Below the pieces are notes generated by a model. That model was not told the DNA's origin, did no database searches, and saw only the letters and a program-made list of their open reading frames with translations. Positions 41,401-54,500 of a stretch of 64,000 nt of DNA are shown piece after piece (the first letter of the stretch is position 1; each line of letters starts with the position of its first letter). A program made the position numbers and the translations under genes. Source of the stretch: the human T2T-CHM13v2.0 reference genome, Homo sapiens; NCBI RefSeq assembly GCF_009914755.1, contig NC_060938.1, one strand, 5' to 3'.

Positions 41401-44400
41401 ACATCACAAACAAGTTTATGAGAATGCTTCTGTCTAGTTTTTATTTGAAGATATTTCCTTTCTCACCATAGAGCTGAAAGCTGTCCTAATGTTCACTTCC
41501 AGATACTACAGAAAGAGTGTTTCAAAACTGCTGTACGAAAGGGAATGTTCAACTATGTGACTTGAATGCACACATCACAAAGAAGTTTCTGAGGATGCTG
41601 CTGTCTACTTTTTATACGTAATCCCGTTTCCAACGAAATCCTCCAAGCTATCGAAATATCCACTTGCAGATTCCACAGAAAGACTGTTTCAAAACTGCTC
41701 TGTCAATAGAAAGGTTCAACTCTGTTAGCTGCGTGCATATATCCCAAAGAAGATTCTGAGATTGCTTCTGTCTAGTTTTTATGGGAAGATATTTCCCTTT
41801 TCACCGTAGGCGTCAAGGCGCTCCAAATGTCCACTTCCAGATACTACAAAAAGAGTGTTTCAAACCTACTCTGTGAAAGGGAATATTCAACTCTGTGACT
41901 TGAATGCACATATCACAAGGAAGTTTCTGAGAATGCTTCTGTCGAGATTTTATATGAAGATATTCCCGTTTCCAACGAAATGCTGAAATCTATCCAAATA
42001 TCCCCTCGCAGATTCTACAAAAAGAGTGTTTCAAAACTGCTCTGTGAAAAGAAAGGTTCAACTCTGTTAGTTGAGTACACACATCACAAACAAGTTTCAC
42101 AGAATGCTTCTTTCTAGCTTGTAGGGGAAGATATTCCCTTTATCACCATGGGCCTCCAACCGTCCGAAACATCCACTTCCATATACTACAAAAAGAGCGT
42201 TTCAAACCTGCTCTATGAAAGGCAATGTTCAACTCTGTGACTTGAATGCAGACATCACAGAGCAGTTTCTGAGAATGCTTCTGTCTAGATTTTATAGGAA
42301 GATATTCCCGTTTCCAACGAAATCTTCACAGCTATCCAAATATCCACTTGCAGATTCTACAAAAAGAGTGTATCAAAACTGCTCTGTCAAAAGGAAGGTT
42401 CTTCTCTGTTAGGTGAGTGCATACGTCATAAAGGAGTTTCTGAGAATGTTTCTGTCTAGTGGTTATGGGAAGATATTTGCTTTTTCACCGTAGGCCTCAG
42501 AGCGCTCCAAATATCCACTTGCACATACTACAAAAAGAGTGCTTCAAAGCTGCTCTCTGAAACGGAATGTTCAACTCTATGAGTTGAATGCAAACATCAC
42601 AAAGACGTTTCTGAGAATGCTTCTGTCTAGATTTGATATGAAGATATTCCCGTTTCCAACGAAATCTTCAAATCTATCCAAATGTCCACTTGCAGATTCA
42701 ACAAAAAGTGTTTTTCAGAACTGCTCTATCAAAAGAAAGATCCACCTCTGTTAGCTGAGTTCACACATCACAAACAAGTTTATGAGAATGCTTCTGTCTA
42801 GTTTTTATTTGAAGATATTTCCTTTCTCACCATAGAGCTGAAAGCTGTCCTAATGTTCACTTCCAGATACTACAGAAAGAGTGTTTCAAAACTGCTGTAC
42901 GAAAGGGAATGTTCAACTCTGTGACTTGAATGCACACATCACAAAGAAGTTTCTGAGGATGCTGCTGTCTACTTTTTATACGTAATCCCGTTTCCAACGA
43001 AATCCTCCAAGCTATCCAAATATCCACTTGCAGATTCCACAGAAAGACTATTTCAAAACTGCTCTGTCAATAGAAAGGTTCAACTCTGTTAGCTGCATGC
43101 ATATATCCCAAAGAAGATTCTGAGATTGCTTCTGTCTAGTTTTTATGGGAAGATATTTCCCTTTTCACCGTAGGCGTCAAGGCGCTCCAAATGTCCACTT
43201 CCAGATACTACAAAAAGAGTGTTTCAAACCTACTCTGTGAAAGGGAATATTCAACTCTGTGACTTGAATGCACATATCACAAGGAAGTTTCTGAGAATGC
43301 TTCTGTCGAGATTTTATATGAAGATATTCCCGTTTCCAACGAAATCCTGAAATGTATCCAAATATCCCCTCGCAGATTCTACAAAAAGAGTGTTTCAAAA
43401 CTGCTCTGTAAAAAGAAAGGTTCAACTCTGTTAGTTGAGTACACACATCACAAACAAGTTTCACACAATGCTTCTTTCTAGCTTGTAGGGGAAGATATTC
43501 CCTTTATCACCATGGGCCTCAAACCGTCCGATAAGTCCACTTCCATATACTACAAAAAGAGCGTTTCAAACCTGCTCTATGAAAGGCAATGTTCAACTCT
43601 GTGACTTGAATGCAGACATCACAGAGCAGTTTCTGAGAATGCTTCTGTCTAGATTTTATAGGAAGATATTCCCGTTTCCAACGAAATCTTCACAGCTATC
43701 CAAATATCCACTTGCAGATTCTACAAAAAGAGTGTATCAAAACTGCTCTGTCAAAAGGAAGGTTCTTTTCTGTTAGGTGAGTGCATACGTCATAAAGGAG
43801 TTTCTGAGAATGTTTCTGTCTAGTGGTTATGGGAAGATATTTGCTTTTTCACCGTAGGCCTCAGAGCGCTCCAAATATCCACTTGCACATACTACAAAAA
43901 GAGTGCCTCAAAGCTGCTCTCTGAAACGGAATGTTCAACTCTATGAGTTGAATGCAAACATCGCAAAGACGTTTCTGAGAATGCTTCTGTCTAGATTTGA
44001 TATGAAGATATTCCCGTTTCCAACGAAATCTTCAAATCTATCCAAATGTCCACTTGCAGATTCAACAAAAAGTGTTTTTCAGAACTGCTCTATCAAAAGA
44101 AAGATCCACCTCTGTTAGCTGAGTTCACACATCACAAACAAGTTTATGAGAATGCTTCTGTCTAGTTTTTATTTGAAGATATTTCCTTTCTCACCATAGA
44201 GCTGAAAGCTGTCCTAATGTTCACTTCCAGATACTACAGAAAGAGTGTTTCAAAACTGCTGTACGAAAGGGAATGTTCAACTATGTGACTTGAATGCACA
44301 CATCACAAAGAAGTTTCTGAGGATGCTGCTGTCTACTTTTTATACGTAATCCCGTTTCCAACGAAATCCTCCAAGCTATCCAAATATCCACTTGCAGATT

Positions 44401-46519
44401 CCACAGAAAGACTGTTTCAAAACTGCTCTGTCAATAGAAAGGTTCAACTCTGTTAGCTGCGTGCATATATCCCAAAGAAGATTCTGAGATTGCTTCTGTC
44501 TAGTTTTTATGGGAAGATATTTCCCTTTTCACCGTAGGCGTCAAGGCGCTCCAAATGTCCACTTCCAGATACTACAAAAAGAGTGTTTCAAACCTACTCT
44601 GTGAAAGGGAATATTCAACTCTGTGACTTGAATGCACATATCACAAAGAAGTTTCTGAGAATGCTTCTGTCGAGATTTTATATGAAGATATTCCCGTTTC
44701 CAACGAAATGCTGAAATCTATCCAAATATCCCCTCGCAGATTCTACAAAAAGAGTGTTTCAAAACTGCTCTGTGAACAGAAAGGTTCAACTCTGTTAGTT
44801 GAGTACACACATCACAAACAAGTTTCACAGAATGCTTCTTTCTAGCTTGTAGGGGAAGATATTCCCTTTATCACCATGGGCCTCCAACCGTCCGAAACAT
44901 CCACTTCCATATACTACAAAAAGAGCGTTTCAAACCTGCTCTATGAAAGGCAATGTTCAACTCTGTGACTTGAATGCAGACATCACAGAGCAGTTTCTGA
45001 GAATGCTTCTGTCTAGATTTTATAGGAAGATATTCCCGTTTCCAACGAAATCTTCACAGCTATCCAAATATCCACTTGCAGATTCTACAAAAAGAGTGTA
45101 TCAAAACTGCTCTGTCAAAAGGAAGGTTCTTCTCTGTTAGGTGAGTGCATACGTCATAAAGGAGTTTCTGAGAATGTTTCTGTCTAGTGGTTATGGGAAG
45201 ATATTTGCTTTTTCACCGTAGGCCTCAGAGCGCTCCAAATATCCACTTGCACATACTACAAAAAGAGTGCTTCAAAGCTGCTCTCTGAAACGGAATGTTC
45301 AACTCTATGAGTTGAATGCAAACATCACAAAGACGTTTCTGAGAATGCTTCTGTCTAGATTTGATATGAAGATATTCCCGTTTCCAACGAAATCTTCAAA
45401 TCTATCCAAATGTCCACTTGCAGATTCAACAAAAAGTGTTTTTCAGAACTGCTCTATCAAAAGAAAGATCCACCTCTGTTAGCTGAGTTCACACATCACA
45501 AACAAGTTTATGAGAATGCTTCTGTCTAGTTTTTATTTGAAGATATTTCCTTTCTCACCATAGAGCTGAAAGCTGTCCTAATGTTCACTTCCAGATACTA
45601 CAGAAAGAGTGTTTCAAAACTGCTGTACGAAAGGGAATGTTCAACTCTGTGACTTGAATGCACACATCACAAAGAAGTTTCTGAGGATGCTGCTGTCTAC
45701 TTTTTATACGTAATCCCGTTTCCAACGAAATCCTCCAAGCTATCCAAATATCCACTTGCAGATTCCACAGAAAGACTGTTTCAAAACTGCTCTGTCAATA
45801 GAAAGGTTCAACTCTGTTAGCTGCATGCATATATCCCAAAGAAGATTCTGAGATTGCTTCTGTCTAGTTTTTATGGGAAGATATTTCCCTTTTCACCGTA
45901 GGCGTCAAGGCGCTCCAAATGTCCACTTCCAGATACTACAAAAAGAGTGTTTCAAACCTACTCTGTGAAAGGGAATATTCAACTCTGTGACTTGAATGCA
46001 CATATCACAAGGAAGTTTCTGAGAATGCTTCTGTCGAGATTTTATATGAAGATATTCCCGTTTCCAACGAAATCCTGAAATGTATCCAAATATCCCCTTG
46101 CAGATTCTACAAAAAGAGTGTTTCAAAACTGCTCTGTAAAAAGAAAGGTTCAACTCTGTTAGTTGAGTACACACATCACAAACAAGTTTCACACAATGCT
46201 TCTTTCTAGCTTGTAGGGGAAGATATTCCCTTTATCACCATGGGCCTCAAACCGTCCGATAAGTCCACTTCCATATACTACAAAAAGAGCGTTTCAAACC
46301 TGCTCTATGAAAGGCAATGTTCAACTCTGTGACTTGAATGCAGACATCACAGAGCAGTTTCTGAGAATGCTTCTGTCTAGATTTTATAGGAAGATATTCC
46401 CGTTTCCAACGAAATCTTCACAGCTATCCAAATATCCACTTGCAGATTCTACAAAAAGAGTGTATCAAAACTGCTCTGTCAAAAGGAAGGTTCTTCTCTG
46501 TTAGGTGAGTGCATACGTC

Positions 46520-49500
46520 GTAAAGGAGTTTCTGAGAATGTTTCTGTCTAGTGGTTATGGGAAGATATTTGCTTTTTCACCGTAGGCCTCAGAGCGCTCC
46601 AAATATCCACTTGCACATACTACAAAAAGAGTGCCTCAAAGCTGCTCTCTGAAACGGAATGTTCAACTCTATGAGTTGAATGCAAACATCGCAAAGACGT
46701 TTCTGAGAATGCTTCTGTCTAGATTTGATATGAAGATATTCCCGTTTCCAACGAAATCTTCAAATCTATCCAAATGTCCACTTGCAGATTCAACAAAAAG
46801 TGTTTTTCAGAACTGCTCTATCAAAAGAAAGATCCACCTCTGTTAGCTGAGTTCACACATCACAAACAAGTTTATGAGAATGCTTCTGTCTAGTTTTTAT
46901 TTGAAGATATTTCCTTTCTCACCATAGAGCTGAAAGCTGTCCTAATGTTCACTTCCAGATACTACAGAAAGAGTGTTTCAAAACTGCTGTACGAAAGGGA
47001 ATGTTCAACTATGTGACTTGAATGCACACATCACAAAGAAGTTTCTGAGGATGCTGCTGTCTACTTTTTATACGTAATCCCGTTTCCAACGAAATCCTCC
47101 AAGCTATCCAAATATCCACTTGCAGATTCCACAGAAAGACTGTTTCAAAACTGCTCTGTCAATAGAAAGGTTCAACTCTGTTAGCTGCGTGCATATATCC
47201 CAAAGAAGATTCTGAGATTGCTTCTGTCTAGTTTTTATGGGAAGATATTTCCCTTTTCACCGTAGGCGTCAAGGCGCTCCAAATGTCCACTTCCAGATAC
47301 TACAAAAAGAGTGTTTCAAACCTACTCTGTGAAAGGGAATATTCAACTCTGTGACTTGAATGCACATATCACAAAGAAGTTTCTGAGAATGCTTCTGTCG
47401 AGATTTTATATGAAGATATTCCCGTTTCCAACGAAATGCTGAAATCTATCCAAATATCCCCTCGCAGATTTTACAAAAAGAGTGTTTCAAAACTGCTCTG
47501 TGAAAAGAAAGGATCAACTCTGTTAGTTGAGTACACACATCACAAACAAGTTTCACAGAATGCTTCTTTCTAGCTTGTAGGGGAAGATATTCCCTTTATC
47601 ACCATGGGCCTCCAACCGTCCGAAACATCCACTTCCATATACTACAAAAAGAGCGTTTCAAACCTGCTCTATGAAAGGCAATGTTCAACTCTGTGACTTG
47701 AATGCAGACATCACAGAGCAGTTTCTGAGAATGCTTCTGTCTAGATTTTATAGGAAGATATTCCCGTTTCCAACGAAATCTTCACAGCTATCCAAATATC
47801 CACTTGCAGATTCTACAAAAAGAGTGTATCAAAACTGCTCTGTCAAAAGGAAGGTTCTTCTCTGTTAGGTGAGTGCATACGTCATAAAGGAGTTTCTGAG
47901 AATGTTTCTGTCTAGTGGTTATGGGAAGATATTTGCTTTTTCACCGTAGGCCTCAGAGCGCTCCAAATATCCACTTGCACATACTACAAAAAGAGTGCTT
48001 GAAAGCTGCTCTCTGAAACGGAATGTTCAACTCTATGAGTTGAATGCAAACATCACAAAGACGTTTCTGAGAATGCTTCTGTCTAGATTTGATATGAAGA
48101 TATTCCCGTTTCCAACGAAATCTTCAAATCTATCCAAATGTCCACTTGCAGATTCAACAAAAAGTGTTTTTCAGAACTGCTCTATCAAAAGAAAGATCCA
48201 CCTCTGTTAGCTGAGTTCACACATCACAAACAAGTTTATGAGAATGCTTCTGTCTAGTTTTTATTTGAAGATATTTCCTTTCTCACCATAGAGCTGAAAG
48301 CTGTCCTAATGTTCACTTCCAGATACTACAGAAAGAGTGTTTCAAAACTGCTGTACGAAAGGGAATGTTCAACTCTGTGACTTGAATGCACACATCACAA
48401 AGAAGTTTCTGAGGATGCTGCTGTCTACTTTTTATACGTAATCCCGTTTCCAACGAAATCCTCCAAGCTATCCAAATATCCACTTGCAGATTCCACAGAA
48501 AGACTATTTCAAAACTGCTCTGTCAATAGAAAGGTTCAACTCTGTTAGCTGCATGCATATATCCCAAAGAAGATTCTGAGATTGCTTCTGTCTAGTTTTT
48601 ATGGGAAGATATTTCCCTTTTCACCGTAGGCGTCAAGGCGCTCCAAATGTCCACTTCCAGATACTACAAAAAGAGTGTTTCAAACCTACTCTGTGAAAGG
48701 GAATATTCAACTCTGTGACTTGAATGCACATATCACAAGGAAGTTTCTGAGAATGCTTCTGTCGAGATTTTATATGAAGATATTCCCGTTTCCAACGAAA
48801 TCCTGAAATGTATCCAAATATCCCCTCGCAGATTCTACAAAAAGAGTGTTTCAAAACTGCTCTGTAAAAAGAAAGGTTCAACTCTGTTAGTTGAGTACAC
48901 ACATCACAAACAAGTTTCACAGAATGCTTCTTTCTAGCTTGTAGGGGAAGATATTCCCTTTATCACCATGGGCCTCCAACCGTCCGAAACATCCACTTCC
49001 ATATACTACAAAAAGAGCGTTTCAAACCTGCTCTATGAAAGGCAATGTTCAACTCTGTGACTTGAATGCAGACATCACAGAGCAGTTTCTGAGAATGCTT
49101 CTGTCTAGATTTTATAGGAAGATATTCCCGTTTCCAACGAAATCTTCACAGCTATCCAAATATCCACTTGCAGATTCTACAAAAAGAGTGTATCAAAACT
49201 GCTCTGTCAAAAGGAAGGTTCTTCTCTGTTAGGTGAGTGCATACGTCGTAAAGGAGTTTCTGAGAATGTTTCTGTCTAGTGGTTATGGGAAGATATTTGC
49301 TTTTTCACCGTAGGCCTCAGAGCGCTCCAAATATCCACTTGCACATACTACAAAAAGAGTGCCTCAAAGCTGCTCTCTGAAACGGAATGTTCAACTCTAT
49401 GAGTTGAATGCAAACATCGCAAAGACGTTTCTGAGAATGCTTCTGTCTAGATTTGATATGAAGATATTCCCGTTTCCAACGAAATCTTCAAATCTATCCA

Positions 49501-51555
49501 AATGTCCACTTGCAGATTCAACAAAAAGTGTTTTTCAGAACTGCTCTATCAAAAGAAAGATCCACCTCTGTTAGCTGAGTTCACACATCACAAACAAGTT
49601 TATGAGAATGCTTCTGTCTAGTTTTTATTTGAAGATATTTCCTTTCTCACCATAGAGCTGAAAGCTGTCCTAATGTTCACTTCCAGATACTACAGAAAGA
49701 GTGTTTCAAAACTGCTGTACGAAAGGGAATGTTCAACTATGTGACTTGAATGCACACATCACAAAGAAGTTTCTGAGGATGCTGCTGTCTACTTTTTATA
49801 CGTAATCCCGTTTCCAACGAAATCCTCCAAGCTATCCAAATATCCACTTGCAGATTCCACAGAAAGACTGTTTCAAAACTGCTCTGTCAATAGAAAGGTT
49901 CAACTCTGTTAGCTGCGTGCATATATCCCAAAGAAGATTCTGAGATTGCTTCTGTCTAGTTTTTATGGGAAGATATTTCCCTTTTCACCGTAGGCGTCAA
50001 GGCGCTCCAAATGTCCACTTCCAGATACTACAAAAAGAGTGTTTCAAACCTACTCTGTGAAAGGGAATATTCAACTCTGTGACTTGAATGCACATATCAC
50101 AAAGAAGTTTCTGAGAATGCTTCTGTCGAGATTTTATATGAAGATATTCCCGTTTCCAACGAAATGCTGAAATCTATCCAAATATCCCCTCGCAGATTTT
50201 ACAAAAAGAGTGTTTCAAAACTGCTCTGTGAAAAGAAAGGATCAACTCTGTTAGTTGAGTACACACATCACAAACAAGTTTCACAGAATGCTTCTTTCTA
50301 GCTTGTAGGGGAAGATATTCCCTTTATCACCATGGGCCTCCAACCGTCCGAAACATCCACTTCCATATACTACAAAAAGAGCGTTTCAAACCTGCTCTAT
50401 GAAAGGCAATGTTCAACTCTGTGACTTGAATGCAGACATCACAGAGCAGTTTCTGAGAATGCTTCTGTCTAGATTTTATAGGAAGATATTCCCGTTTCCA
50501 ACGAAATCTTCACAGCTATCCAAATATCCACTTGCAGATTCTACAAAAAGAGTGTATCAAAACTGCTCTGTCAAAAGGAAGGTTCTTCTCTGTTAGGTGA
50601 GTGCATACGTCATAAAGGAGTTTCTGAGAATGTTTCTGTCTAGTGGTTATGGGAAGATATTTGCTTTTTCACCGTAGGCCTCAGAGCGCTCCAAATATCC
50701 ACTTGCACATACTACAAAAAGAGTGCTTGAAAGCTGCTCTCTGAAACGGAATGTTCAACTCTATGAGTTGAATGCAAACATCACAAAGACGTTTCTGAGA
50801 ATGCTTCTGTCTAGATTTGATATGAAGATATTCCCGTTTCCAACGAAATCTTCAAATCTATCCAAATGTCCACTTGCAGATTCAACAAAAAGTGTTTTTC
50901 AGAACTGCTCTATCAAAAGAAAGATCCACCTCTGTTAGCTGAGTTCACACATCACAAACAAGTTTATGAGAATGCTTCTGTCTAGTTTTTATTTGAAGAT
51001 ATTTCCTTTCTCACCATAGAGCTGAAAGCTGTCCTAATGTTCACTTCCAGATACTACAGAAAGAGTGTTTCAAAACTGCTGTACGAAAGGGAATGTTCAA
51101 CTCTGTGACTTGAATGCACACATCACAAAGAAGTTTCTGAGGATGCTGCTGTCTACTTTTTATACGTAATCCCGTTTCCAACGAAATCCTCCAAGCTATC
51201 CAAATATCCACTTGCAGATTCCACAGAAAGACTATTTCAAAACTGCTCTGTCAATAGAAAGGTTCAACTCTGTTAGCTGCATGCATATATCCCAAAGAAG
51301 ATTCTGAGATTGCTTCTGTCTAGTTTTTATGGGAAGATATTTCCCTTTTCACCGTAGGCGTCAAGGCGCTCCAAATGTCCACTTCCAGATACTACAAAAA
51401 GAGTGTTTCAAACCTACTCTGTGAAAGGGAATATTCAACTCTGTGACTTGAATGCACATATCACAAGGAAGTTTCTGAGAATGCTTCTGTCGAGATTTTA
51501 TATGAAGATATTCCCGTTTCCAACGAAATCCTGAAATGTATCCAAATATCCCCTC
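46520..51555. repeat. Tandem duplication with period 2,728 bp (units 35-36 and 37-38); outermost markers given
   Basis: Rare variants pair at +2,728: 46520/49248, 47471/50199, 47513/50241, 48001/50729, 48506/51234, 48827/51555. Confidence 0.9.
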
Positions 51556-54500
51556 GCAGATTCTACAAAAAGAGTGTTTCAAAACTGCTCTGTAAAAAGA
51601 AAGGTTCAACTCTGTTAGTTGAGTACACACATCACAAACAAGTTTCACACAATGCTTCTTTCTAGCTTGTAGGGGAAGATATTCCCTTTATCACCATGGG
51701 CCTCAAACCGTCCGATAAGTCCACTTCCATATACTACAAAAAGAGCGTTTCAAACCTGCTCTATGAAAGGCAATGTTCAACTCTGTGACTTGAATGCAGA
51801 CATCACAGAGCAGTTTCTGAGAATGCTTCTGTCTAGATTTTATAGGAAGATATTCCCGTTTCCAACGAAATCTTCACAGCTATCCAAATATCCACTTGCA
51901 GATTCTACAAAAAGAGTGTATCAAAACTGCTCTGTCAAAAGGAAGGTTCTTTTCTGTTAGGTGAGTGCATACGTCATAAAGGAGTTTCTGAGAATGTTTC
52001 TGTCTAGTGGTTATGGGAAGATATTTGCTTTTTCACCGTAGGCCTCAGAGCGCTCCAAATATCCACTTGCACATACTACAAAAAGAGTGCCTCAAAGCTG
52101 CTCTCTGAAACGGAATGTTCAACTCTATGAGTTGAATGCAAACATCGCAAAGACGTTTCTGAGAATGCTTCTGTCTAGATTTGATATGAAGATATTCCCG
52201 TTTCCAACGAAATCTTCAAATCTATCCAAATGTCCACTTGCAGATTCAACAAAAAGTGTTTTTCAGAACTGCTCTATCAAAAGAAAGATCCACCTCTGTT
52301 AGCTGAGTTCACACATCACAAACAAGTTTATGAGAATGCTTCTGTCTAGTTTTTATTTGAAGATATTTCCTTTCTCACCATAGAGCTGAAAGCTGTCCTA
52401 ATGTTCACTTCCAGATACTACAGAAAGAGTGTTTCAAAACTGCTGTACGAAAGGGAATGTTCAACTATGTGACTTGAATGCACACATCACAAAGAAGTTT
52501 CTGAGGATGCTGCTGTCTACTTTTTATACGTAATCCCGTTTCCAACGAAATCCTCCAAGCTATCCAAATATCCACTTGCAGATTCCACAGAAAGACTGTT
52601 TCAAAACTGCTCTGTCAATAGAAAGGTTCAACTCTGTTAGCTGCGTGCATATATCCCAAAGAAGATTCTGAGATTGCTTCTGTCTAGTTTTTATGGGAAG
52701 ATATTTCCCTTTTCACCGTAGGCGTCAAGGCGCTCCAAATGTCCACTTCCAGATACTACAAAAAGAGTGTTTCAAACCTACTCTGTGAAAGGGAATATTC
52801 AACTCTGTGACTTGAATGCACATATCACAAAGAAGTTTCTGAGAATGCTTCTGTCGAGATTTTATATGAAGATATTCCCGTTTCCAACGAAATGCTGAAA
52901 TCTATCCAAATATCCCCTCGCAGATTCTACAAAAAGAGTGTTTCAAAACTGCTCTGTGAAAAGAAAGGTTCAACTCTGTTAGTTGAGTACACACATCACA
53001 AACAAGTTTCACAGAATGCTTCTTTCTAGCTTGTAGGGGAAGATATTCCCTTTATCACCATGGGCCTCCAACCGTCCGAAACATCCACTTCCATATACTA
53101 CAAAAAGAGCGTTTCAAACCTGCTCTATGAAAGGCAATGTTCAACTCTGTGACTTGAATGCAGACATCACAGAGCAGTTTCTGAGAATGCTTCTGTCTAG
53201 ATTTTATAGGAAGATATTCCCGTTTCCAACGAAATCTTCACAGCTATCCAAATATCCATTTGCAGATTCTACAAAAAGAGTGTATCAAAACTGCTCTGTC
53301 AAAAGGAAGGTTCTTCTCTGTTAGGTGAGTGCATACGTCATAAAGGAGTTTCTGAGAATGTTTCTGTCTAGTGGTTATGGGAAGATATTTGCTTTTTCAC
53401 CGTAGGCCTCAGAGCGCTCCAAATATCCACTTGCACATACTACAAAAAGAGTGCTTCAAAGCTGCTCTCTGAAACGGAATGTTCAACTCTATGAGTTGAA
53501 TGCAAACATCACAAAGACGTTTCTGAGAATGCTTCTGTCTAGATTTGATATGAAGATATTCCCGTTTCCAACGAAATCTTCAAATCTATCCAAATGTCCA
53601 CTTGCAGATTCAACAAAAAGTGTTTTTCAGAACTGCTCTATCAAAAGAAAGATCCACCTCTGTTAGCTGAGTTCACACATCACAAACAAGTTTATGAGAA
53701 TGCTTCTGTCTAGTTTTTATTTGAAGATATTTCCTTTCTCACCATAGAGCTGAAAGCTGTCCTAATGTTCACTTCCAGATACTACAGAAAGAGTGTTTCA
53801 AAACTGCTGTACGAAAGGGAATGTTCAACTATGTGACTTGAATGCACACATCACAAAGAAGTTTCTGAGGATGCTGCTGTCTACTTTTTATACGTAATCC
53901 CGTTTCCAACGAAATCCTCCAAGCTATCCAAATATCCACTTGCAGATTCCACAGAAAGACTGTTTCAAAACTGCTCTGTCAATAGAAAGGTTCAACTCTG
54001 TTAGCTGCATGCATATATCCCAAAGAAGATTCTGAGATTGCTTCTGTCTAGTTTTTATGGGAAGATATTTCCCTTTTCACCGTAGGCGTCAAGGCGCTCC
54101 AAATGTCCACTTCCAGATACTACAAAAAGAGTGTTTCAAACCTACTCTGTGAAAGGGAATATTCAACTCTGTGACTTGAATGCACATATCACAAGGAAGT
54201 TTCTGAGAATGCTTCTGTCGAGATTTTATATGAAGATATTCCCGTTTCCAACGAAATCCTGAAATGTATCCAAATATCCCCTTGCAGATTCTACAAAAAG
54301 AGTGTTTCAAAACTGCTCTGTAAAAAGAAAGGTTCAACTCTGTTAGTTGAGTACACACATCACAAACAAGTTTCACACAATGCTTCTTTCTAGCTTGTAG
54401 GGGAAGATATTCCCTTTATCACCATGGGCCTCAAACCGTCCGATAAGTCCACTTCCATATACTACAAAAAGAGCGTTTCAAACCTGCTCTATGAAAGGCA

